NCBI GenBank assembly: GCA_965223485.1
Contig: OZ244993.1
Span: 1,513,527 to 1,577,526 of the forward strand
DNA: 64,000 nt
Direction of reading: 5' to 3'
Source: Rhodothermales bacterium
GTDB taxonomy: Bacteria > Bacteroidota > Rhodothermia > Rhodothermales > VXPQ01
Shown here: positions 10,150-19,500 of the stretch, piece by piece
How the letters are laid out: each line of letters starts with the position of its first letter
How positions within the stretch are numbered: the first letter of the stretch is position 1
Translations under genes and position numbers: made by a program
Notes under the pieces: model-generated
Seen by the model: the letters and a program-made list of their open reading frames with translations, nothing else
What the model was told of the DNA's origin: nothing
The model's database searches: none

Positions 10150-10668
10150 ATGGGGACACGGTGGAGCGCCATGCTTGCGATCCTGACGCCGGTCGTGCTC
10201 GTTGCGGCCTGCAATCCCTTTGCCCCCGCGCTTGAAGAAGGCAGCCCGTTCGGCGATCTGCTGGGCGATCCCGCCACCATCGACGGCTTCTTTACCAATT
10301 TCCGGAACGCCTACGAGCTGCGGGACTTGTCTCTTTATGAGTCGCTGCTGGATTCTTCTTTCATTTTCATCTACTATGACTTCGATGTCCAGGTCGAACG
10401 CGAGTGGGGCTTTGCCCAGGAACTCGAATCCACCCGACGGCTCTTCGAAAATGCGACGCTCGTGAATCTGCGCTGGAACCAGATCCTTTCTCAAACCCTG
10501 TTTGAAGAAGATTTGCGCGCCCGGATAGTGCGTCCCTTCAATTTGACTATTTCGCTCGAAGGCGGCGATGTCTTTCGGGGTGATGGGAATGTGAATTTTC
10601 TTATTATTCGGGAAGATACGTCCGCCGTCTGGAAGCTCCTCCGGTGGCGGGACGAAAGCGAATTATAG
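10150..10668 (+). CDS. lipoprotein of unknown function
   Basis: Signal plus lipobox (LVAACNPF). It is adjacent to, and in the same orientation as, the preceding lipoprotein gene. Confidence 0.55.
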   Translation: MGTRWSAMLAILTPVVLVAACNPFAPALEEGSPFGDLLGDPATIDGFFTNFRNAYELRDLSLYESLLDSSFIFIYYDFDVQVEREWGFAQELESTRRLFENATLVNLRWNQILSQTLFEEDLRARIVRPFNLTISLEGGDVFRGDGNVNFLIIREDTSAVWKLLRWRDESEL

Positions 10669-10720
10669 GTGGCCCGTCGGCCTGTATGGTTGCATATACC
10701 CGGTCTTTTCGCGATTGCCT

Positions 10721-12097
10721 ATGTCTGTTTTCAGTGCGCTTGCCTACGCCGCGCAGCACGAACCCCGGTTCGTCGACGAACTGAAGAGTCTGCTGCGTAT
10801 TCCGTCCGTCAGCACCGACCCGGCCTATGCGGGGGAGGTGCGCCGCGCTGCCGTATGGATTGCCGACCATCTCCGCGAAATCGGTATCGGCGAGGTGCAG
10901 ATTCACGCAACGGGAGGGCACCCCATTGTCACCGCTGCACACATGCACGATGCACAGCGCCCGACTGTTCTGGTGTATGGTCACTACGATGTGCAGCCGC
11001 CGGACCCGCTCGATTTATGGGAGACGCCCCCCTTCGAGCCCGTGGAACGCGGGGGCAAGCTGTTCGCCCGCGGAGCCTGCGACGACAAGGGGCAACTCTT
11101 TATTCACGCCAAGGCCGCGGAATCGTGGCTGCGTACCACCGGCGAACTGCCCGTCAATCTGAAATTCCTGATCGAAGGCGAAGAGGAAAGCGGTTCGGTG
11201 CACTTGCGTCCTTTCCTCGAAACGCATCGGCGCCTTCTCGCAGCCGACGTAGCGCTGATCTCCGACACGGCGCTGTTCGCCGAAGGGGTTCCCTCCATCG
11301 GGTATGGGCTGCGCGGCATGACCTACATAGAGGTGATGCTGGAGGGGCCAAGCCGGGATCTGCATTCCGGGGTGTACGGAGGCGCCGTCGAAAACCCGAT
11401 TCATGTGTTGGCCCGCCTGATCGCCGGGTTACAGGACGAGCAAGGCCGGGTTACGCTTCCGGGATTCTACGACGCGGTCCGGGACCTCGACGAAGAGGAA
11501 CGCGAAGCTTTTCGCAGCCTGCCGTTCGATGAGGCGGCATGGAAGAAGGATATAGGTATCCCCGCTGCGCGCACCGAAGAAGGGTATTCGGTGCTGGAAG
11601 CGACGCGCGGGCGCCCGGCGCTGGACGTAAACGGTATAGGAGGCGGTTACCAGGGTGAGGGCGCGAAAACGGTGCTGCCGTCCCGGGCCGCCGCAAAAAT
11701 CTCGGTACGGCTTGTTCCGGACCAGCGTCCGGACGAGGTGGCATCCATGCTCCGGCGCTATTTCGAAACGGCAACGCCGCCCACCATGAAGATGACCTTC
11801 CGCGATCTGCACGGCGGCATGCCTGTTCTCGTAGATCGCTCCCTGCCCGCCATGCAGGCCGCCTTTCGAGCGCTACGCGATGAATTCGGACGCCCTCCGG
11901 TCTTTATCCGGGAGGGGGGATCCATCCCGGTCGTAGCGGATTTTCAGGAGGCGCTGGGGCTCGACGCCGTGCTGATGGGGTTCGGACTTGACTCGGACGC
12001 CATTCACTCGCCCAACGAGCATTTCGGGATCGACCGTTTCCGTCAGGGAATCGCCTCTTCCATCCGCTTTATGAAGGAATTGGCCGTCACGGGATAA
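10721..12097 (+). CDS. M20-family dipeptidase
   Basis: HYDVQPPDP...WETPPFEP...GKLFARGACDDKG metal- and substrate-site motifs of M20 dipeptidases. ATG 10721 is preferred over TTG 10715. Confidence 0.85.
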   Translation: MSVFSALAYAAQHEPRFVDELKSLLRIPSVSTDPAYAGEVRRAAVWIADHLREIGIGEVQIHATGGHPIVTAAHMHDAQRPTVLVYGHYDVQPPDPLDLWETPPFEPVERGGKLFARGACDDKGQLFIHAKAAESWLRTTGELPVNLKFLIEGEEESGSVHLRPFLETHRRLLAADVALISDTALFAEGVPSIGYGLRGMTYIEVMLEGPSRDLHSGVYGGAVENPIHVLARLIAGLQDEQGRVTLPGFYDAVRDLDEEEREAFRSLPFDEAAWKKDIGIPAARTEEGYSVLEATRGRPALDVNGIGGGYQGEGAKTVLPSRAAAKISVRLVPDQRPDEVASMLRRYFETATPPTMKMTFRDLHGGMPVLVDRSLPAMQAAFRALRDEFGRPPVFIREGGSIPVVADFQEALGLDAVLMGFGLDSDAIHSPNEHFGIDRFRQGIASSIRFMKELAVTG

Positions 12098-12117
12098 TCT
12101 TCGTGCGTAGCCCTGGT

Positions 12118-13317
12118 CTACCATTCCGCAAACGAGCCGTCGCTCAGGCGCCAGACGGGATTTCTCCAACCGTTTTTTCCGTCAGTACGGCCTGCTTCTT
12201 CACGCACGATATCTTCGTCGATATCAACCCCAAGCCCCGGTTTCTCAGGTAAAGAAATTTTCCCTTCCCGGACCGCAAACACTTCCGGGTTGGCTACGTA
12301 ATCCAGCAATTCCACCCCATGCCGGTCGTGATAATGCATGCCGAGGCTGGTTTCCTGAATGAAGGCATTGGCCGACGCAAAATCCACGTGCAGCGAGGCT
12401 GCCAGGGCAAGAGGACCCAGTGGGCAATGCGGCGCCAGCGCCACATCGTATGCCTCGGCCATCGCCGCAATCCGCCGGGTTTCGGAGATGCCCCCGGCAT
12501 GGCTTACGTCAGGCTGCGCCACGTCGATATGCGGTAGTACGTTCTTGAAATCCCACCGGGAATAGAGCCGCTCGCCTGTCGCCAACGGGGTGCGCAACCC
12601 CGCGGCGAGACCGGCCAGCAGATCTTCGTGCCCCGGCGCGAACGGTTCCTCCACGAACATCGGCGCATACGGCTCGAGGGCTTCAATGGCCCGGCGGGCC
12701 AGCCCGCGATGGATACGTCCATGAAAATCCACGCCGATGCCGATATCCGGTCCCACCGCTTCGCGCACCGACCGCATCCGTTCCGCGATCTCTTCGATGC
12801 GCTTCGGGCTGTCGATCCACGCCATCCGGCCCGATGCATTCATCTTGACTGCTCCGAAGCCTTGCTTCACCCGGTGCTGTGCGGCTTCCGCCACCCCGTC
12901 CGGGCTGTCGCCCCCTATCCAGCCGTATGCCGCGATGCCGCCCCGCACCGCTCCGCCAAGCAGTTCATAGACAGGGGCGTCCAGCGCTTTGCCCTTGATG
13001 TCCCACAGTGCTTGATCGATACCTGCTATGGCGCTCATCAGCACCGGCCCGCCTCGATAGAATCCACCCCGGTAGAGGACTTGCCAAATGTCCTCGATGC
13101 GGTTCGCGGGCCGCCCGATCACATATTCGCCCAGTTCCTCGACGGCAGCTCGCACTGCGCCGCTGCGTCCCTCAACGACCGGTTCGCCCCAGCCGACAAG
13201 CCCTCCCTTTGCGGTGACTTTCAGAAAGAGCCAGCGGGGGGGTACGTCGAACAACTCGAAGGATTCAACAACGAGGTCTTTCTCGAAAGACCTGAAAGGG
13301 GCCGGTTCAGCGGGCAT
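12118..13317 (-). CDS. dgoD: D-galactonate dehydratase (enolase superfamily)
   Basis: FLKVTAKGGLVGWGEPVVEGRS...MSAIAGIDQALWDIKGKAL is colinear with DgoD-type mandelate racemase/muconate-lactonizing family proteins. Confidence 0.85.
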   Translation of the reverse strand: MPAEPAPFRSFEKDLVVESFELFDVPPRWLFLKVTAKGGLVGWGEPVVEGRSGAVRAAVEELGEYVIGRPANRIEDIWQVLYRGGFYRGGPVLMSAIAGIDQALWDIKGKALDAPVYELLGGAVRGGIAAYGWIGGDSPDGVAEAAQHRVKQGFGAVKMNASGRMAWIDSPKRIEEIAERMRSVREAVGPDIGIGVDFHGRIHRGLARRAIEALEPYAPMFVEEPFAPGHEDLLAGLAAGLRTPLATGERLYSRWDFKNVLPHIDVAQPDVSHAGGISETRRIAAMAEAYDVALAPHCPLGPLALAASLHVDFASANAFIQETSLGMHYHDRHGVELLDYVANPEVFAVREGKISLPEKPGLGVDIDEDIVREEAGRTDGKNGWRNPVWRLSDGSFAEW

Positions 13318-13392
13318 GGGATGCGTGGAGTGAATGCCTTACGGAACACAGAAAAACGCAGCACCCCTGTACGATGTTCGGACGCCCGCGGC

Positions 13393-13533
13393 TCACTTCA
13401 AGAGCAGCATCGTACGCGCAACGGTTTCGCCTCCAGCCTGCAAGCGATACGCGTATACGCCGCTTGGCAAGTCGCCCGCTCCGAAACGCACCGTATGATT
13501 GCCCGCAGGCTTCGAGCGGTCGACCAGGATCGC
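13393..13533 (-). pseudogene. fossil T9SS C-terminal sorting-domain fragment immediately 3' of the functional stop codon
   Basis: The frame offset by 2 nt from the giant-gene frame reads AILVDRSKPAGNHTVRFGAGDLPSGVYAYRLQAGGETVARTMLLLK-stop. This is a canonical T9SS CTD tail with no start codon of its own. Confidence 0.7.
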
Positions 13534-16500
13534 TACCGGACGAGAACCATTACCCGGGTAATGGCGACCGACCCCGCAGTCAGTACGCAGGCGTACGTTC
13601 CCGTGGGGAGTCCCTCGGCGTCGAACCGCACGGTATGCCTGCCGGCGGTCCGATGGGCGTCCACAAGCACCCGCACCTCGCGTCCGATCATGTCGTAGAC
13701 GGCGAGCCGGACCGGTCCGGGTTCGGGCAGTTCGTAAACGATCCCGGTCGAGGGATTGAACGGGTTGGGATAGTTGCCGATCAACGCCACGCGATCCGGC
13801 GGTTCTTCGGATTCGACGGCGACCGTCGCGACGGGATCGGTCGGCGTTTCGGGCGGTGCGACGGGATCGGTCGGCGTTTCGGGCGGTGCGACGGGATCGG
13901 TCGGCGTTTCGGGCGGTGCGACGGGATCGGTCGGCGTTTCCGGCGGCGCGTCTTCTTCTTCGTCTTCCGGCTCCGGCGCCTCGGTGTCCATGTCGGTCAC
14001 CGTCACCGTGATCGTCTGCGTCGCCGTCTTCACCCGCTCGCCCGCGCCGCTGGTCGCCGTAACCTCGACCACGTAGGTGTTGTCGGCGCCTTGGTCCTTC
14101 GCGTCCTCGAAGTTCGGCGCCGCCTTGAACGTCAGCGCTCCCGACGTCGCCCCGATCGAGAAGAACGTCCGGTCCGCCCCGCCGGTGATCGCGTAGCCGG
14201 CGACGTCGTCGTCCGAATCGCTGTCCGTCGCCCGCACCGTGCCCGCCGCCGTCTGGTTCTCCGCCGCGTCGAACGTCGCCGAAGAGTTGAACGTCGGCGC
14301 CGCGTTGGCGTCCGTCGCGCCGCTGCCCGCGTCCGACCAGTCGCCGGCGCCCTCGTCGTTGGTCGCCCGCACCTGCACGTCGTAGGAGGTGTTCTCCGAG
14401 AGGCCCGTGATGGTCGCCGTGGTGGCCGTGCCGGCGTAGTTGCCGTCCGTCCAGCTCCCACTCGCGCCTTCCCGGTACTGCACGTCGTAGTCGTCGATCG
14501 CAGGACCCGCGTTCGACGGCGCCGACCAGTTCACCGTCAGGCTCGTCGCCGACGCCGCCGACACGTCCGGCGCGGCCGGCCTGCCCGGCGCCTCGCCGCC
14601 GACATCGGTCACCGTCACCGTGATCGCCTGCGTCGCCGTCCTCTCCCGCTCGCCCGTGCCGCTGGTGGCTCGCACCTCGACCGCGTAGATGTTGTCGGCG
14701 CCCTGGTCCCGGGCGTCCTCGAAGTTCGGCCCCGCGTCGAACGTCAGCGTCCCGGAGGTCGCCCCGATCGAGAAGAAACTCCGATCCGCGCCGCCGGTGA
14801 TCGCATAGCCGGTGATGTCGTCCTCCGGGTCGTTGTCCGACGCCCGCACCGTGCCTGCCGCCGTCTGGTTCTCCGCCGCGTCGAACTCCGCATTCGAGGT
14901 GAAAGACGGCGCCGCGTTGGCGTCCGTCGAATCCGTGCCCGAGTCCGACCAGGCGCCGGCGCCCTCGTCGTTGGTCGCCCGCACCTGGACGTCGTAGGAC
15001 GTGCCCTCCGCCAGACCCGCGATCGTCGCCCTGGTGCCCGTGATCGCCGTGTCCGTCACCTCCGTCCAGCTCCCCGCCGGCGACGCCGTCCGGTGGCGGT
15101 GGTCGTAGTCCGTGATCGCCGGGCCCGCGTTGGCCGGCGCCGACCAGCCCACGTTCAGGCTCGTCGCCGACGCCGCCGACACGTTCGGCGCGGCCGGCCT
15201 GCCCGGCGCCTCGCCGCCCACGTCCGTCACCGTCACCGTGATCGCCTGCGTCGCCGTCCTCTCCCGCTCGCCCGTGCCGCTGGTGGCCCGCACCTCGACC
15301 GCGTAGGTGTTGTCGGTACCCTGGTCCTTCGCGTCCTCGTAGTTCGGCGCCGCGTCGAACGTCAGCGCCCCGGACGGCGCCCCGATCGAGAAGAACGCCC
15401 GGTCCGCCCCGCCGGTGATCGCGTAGCCGGTCACGTCGTCGACCGAGTCGCCGTCCGACGCCCGCACCGTGCCCGCCGCCGTCTGGTTCTCGGCGGCGCC
15501 GAAGGCCGCCGAAGAGACGAACGACGGCGCCGCGTTGGCGTTCGTCGAGCCGCTGCCCGAGTCCGACCAGGCGCCGGCGCCCTCGTCGTTGGTCGCCCGC
15601 ACCTGGACGTCGTAGGACGTGCCCTCCGCCAGACCCGCGATCGTCGCCCTGGTGCCCGTGATCGCCGTGTCCGTCACCTCCGTCCAGCTCCCCGCCGGCG
15701 ACGCCGTCCGGTGGCGGTGGTCGTAGTCCGTGATCGCCGGGCCATCGTTGGCCGGCGCAGTCCAGATCACGTCCAGGCTGTCGGTCGTACGCGCCTTCGC
15801 CGACACCATCGGTGCTCCCGGCGCCGCCGGTGGCTCGTCCGTGTCCGTGACGTTGATGGTCAAGGTGGTGCTGTCGTTCAATCCCTGCGGGTCGGTGGCG
15901 GTGACCGTTACCTCGTATGCACGCTTCGCCTCGTAGTCGAACGCCACGTTGGCCTGGATCGCTCCAACGGCGGCATCGGGGATGCTGAAGGACTCGGCCT
16001 CGGGGCCGCTCAGCGTGTACGTGAGCGTGTCGCCGTCCGAGTCAAGCGCCAGCACCTTGGCGACGAAGGTTGAGATGTTGTCGTTCTCGGCCACGTTCCG
16101 GGTTTCGGTATCGGTCAGGAACGCCGGTGCCCGGCTGGCGCTGACCCTGAGTATCTTGTCCTGACCTCTACCGTTCGAGGTGGTCACGTACAGGGCGCCG
16201 TCAGGACCGAGCATGGGAGTCCGCAGCCGGCCGTAGGCCCCAGCGAGTGCGGCGACGGCGACCCGACTCGCAAAGGCGCCGTCCGCGGTGAACTCGAAGA
16301 CATGCAGCAACTGGGCCTTGAGCGCCGCCACCGCCAGTCGCCCGTCCCACTCGCCCCAGTCTTCTCCCTCCAGGAAGATGCCGCCGCTGGTGGCCAACGT
16401 ATGATTTCCCGACGACCATCTGGCCTCGACCGCACCGGGAAACTTCACCAGGTCGGTCATGGGCACGCCCTCGTTGTAGCCTGGCACCGGATCCCAACCG

Positions 16501-19500
16501 TAGTTGCCGCCCGCGCTCAGCAGGTTGATCTCGTCGTCCACCGTCGGACCGTGCTCCACGGACCACATCTGGTTCGTCCCGGGCCGCCGTGCGAGGCCCT
16601 GCACGTTCCGGTGACCGTACGAGTAGACCAACGACCCCGGGAACGGGTTGTCCGCGGGCGCGGCGCCCGTCAAGGGGTCCACCCTCAGTATCTTGCCGCC
16701 GAGCGAGTTCCGATCCTGCGGGACTGTCCCGGCCGACGCGTCGCCGGTGGCGATCCACAGATACCCCTGCGGACCGAAACGTAACCGGCAGCCGCTGTGC
16801 CGGCTGGCGGCGGGGATATTGCCAACGAGGGGGTCTTCGGCGCGGGTGGCCGCGGTGTAGGTGTCATCGTTGAAGGTCCAGGCAATCACCTGCACTACCC
16901 GTCCCGTGTGGGCCTGACAGGTGTAGAACCGCCGGTTGGAGGCGAACGCGGGGTCGACGACGATGGCCATCAATCCGGCCTCTCCCGAGACGAGCAGGTC
17001 GTCGAAGTCGGCGCTGACGGACTGGACCGTCCCGTCGGTCAGCCGACTGCTCAGCCTGTCTCCCCGCTCGGTGAACAGCATCGTCCCGTCGGGCGCGAAG
17101 GCCACCCCCCACGGAACGCTCAGGCCGGAGACGAGCGGGACGACGGTCAGTTCCGGGCCGGACTCCCGCTCGCCGACCACATTGTCCGACACCACTTCGG
17201 CGCGCTTCCCGGCGCCCTGGCCGTCGGTGTAGCTCGCCGTCGCTCGCAGGTATTGCCCCTGGACGATGTCCGTGGGCGCGTAGTCGGCCTGGGTTCCTTC
17301 GGGCGCGGGTACGGGCGTCCACGACACGCCATCCGACGAGGCAGCCCACTGCCAGGACACGGCGTGGAGATCCACACCGTCCGGGTCGCTCAGCGTTGCC
17401 CTCACCACCGTCCACACACGGAGCTGAGCCGGAAGCAGCGACACGGACCCAGGTTCGTCGACGTTGGTGACCTCGATGGTCACCCTGACGGAGTCGTCGA
17501 CCTTGTTGTCGTCGGATACGGCGTTCGTGTCCTTGCCGTCGCTGACCGAGACGTCGACCTCGTACTCGTTGGCCACCTCGTAGTCGAGGGCTGCCCTGGT
17601 CAGCAACTGTCCCGATGACGTGTTGATGCCGAACAGGTTCCCGTCCCTGCCCGACAGTGTGTACCGCAAGGGATCGCCGTCGGTGTCGTCGGCCTCGACC
17701 GGTGAGCCGATGGGCTGGCCCTCTGGAGTGTGTTCGGCCACACGGCGGACCACCGGCGCTGAAGGAAACTCCGGATCGCTGTTGGGCACGGCGCCTACGG
17801 CGTCGGACGTCACGCTCTGCGCCGTCTTGCCCGGACCGTGGGTGTTGGTATAGGTAGCCGTGGCCCGCAGATACTTCCCAATATCGTCCGTGCCGGGCGT
17901 ATACGACGCCGACCGGGCCCCGTCGATGTCCTCCCAGCCGGTGACGCCGTCGTCTGAGCGCTCCCATTGCCAGGTCGCGCCGGTGACGCCACCGTCGGGG
18001 TCGGACAGACTGGCCTGGACCGGGCTGCCGACCCGGGGCTGGGTCAAGGGAAGGCTCACCGTCCCCTCGTGCTCGATGTCGATGACTTCGATCGTCAACG
18101 TGACCGTGTCGCTCGTGTTCTGCGCGTCGGTGGCGGTGACCGTGACTTCGTATTCCCGCCTGGTCTCGAAGTCGAGTTGCGTTGTGGACCGGACTCGCAG
18201 CTCGCCGATGTTCTCGTCCAGGATGTAGAACGACTCCCTGTCGGCGCCGTCCAGCGTGTAGGTGAGTTCGTCGTGGTTGTAGTCGGTCGCCTCGACCGTG
18301 GCGACGACCATGTCGCCGCCGGTGTTCTCGGTCACCTGCCGGGTGTCGGCGTCGTTCGGGAACTCAGGCGGCTGCTGAGGGGTGACCCTCAGGATCTCAT
18401 CCCTCCAACCCCTCGTAGAAGTGGAGAGATACAAGGCATGGTCGGGACCGATCATCGGAGTCCGCAGTCGGTGGTCGCGGTCACCGAAGTGGTCGAGTTC
18501 CTCCGGAACGACGTGGCTCACGAAGGTCCCGTCTTCGGTGAACTCGAAGATGCGTAATGATCGGCCCTTGAGCGTGGCCACGGCCAGCCGGCCCTCCCAG
18601 AGGCCCCACTGCTCGCCTTCGAGGAAGATGCCTCCGCTCGTAGCCAGGGTCGGGTCACCCGACGACCACCTGGCCTCGACCGCACCGGGAAACTTCACCA
18701 GGTCGGTCATGGGGGCGGTGTCGTCGTAGCCGGAGGTCGGGTCACCGTTCTCGTCGGTGGGCACTGGATCCCAACCGTAGTTGGCGCCCGCGCGCAGCAG
18801 GTTGATCTCGTCGTCCACCGTCGGCCCGTGCTCCACGGCCCACATCTGCCTCGTACCGGGCCGCAGGGCCAGGCCCTGCGGGTTGCGGTGACCGTACGAG
18901 TAGACCAACGACCCCGGGAACGGGTTGTCCGCGGGCGCGGCGCCCGTCAAGGGGTCCACCCTCAGTATCTTTCCGCCGAGCGAGTTCAGGTCCTGCGGGA
19001 CGGTCCCGATGGCCTCGGTGTCGCCGGTGGAGATCCACAGATTGCCATCGGGGCCGAAGCGTAGCCGGCAGCCGTTGTGATTGTCCACCCTCGGGATGTT
19101 GCCGACAAGGGGATCATTGGCTCGGCTGGCCGTGGTGTAGGTCGCGTCTATCGTCCAGGCGACCACCTGTATCACGGAGCCGGTATGCTGCTGGCAGATG
19201 TAGATTCGCCGGTTGTCGACGAAGTCGGGATCGACTTCCAGCCCCATCACCCCACCGTTTTCGTCGGTGTCCAGGTCGCTGAAGTCGGCGGACACGGTCT
19301 GGAGCGTGCCATCGGGGCGCAGGCTGCTCAGTCCTTCGGGAGGGTCGGGAAGTGGGTCTTGCTGCGGATGGCCATCCCGTTCGGTGAACAGCATCGTCCC
19401 GTCGGGAGTGAAGGCGATCCCCCAGGGAAATCTCAAGCCGGACACCAGCGTCTTGACCGACAGTTCCGGGCCGGGCTCCCGCGCGCCGACCACGGCGTTC

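Noticed and set aside
13374-16073. 899-aa Arg-rich plus-strand ORF. Similar ORFs lie at 22070-23575 and 23732-27148 (+) and at 36414-38690 (-).
   Set aside because: These are antisense shadows of the giant repeat genes. High GC suppresses stop codons, the composition is extreme in R/G/V, and they mirror the sense-strand repeat period. The sense frames carry recognisable cadherin/FN3/CTD domains.
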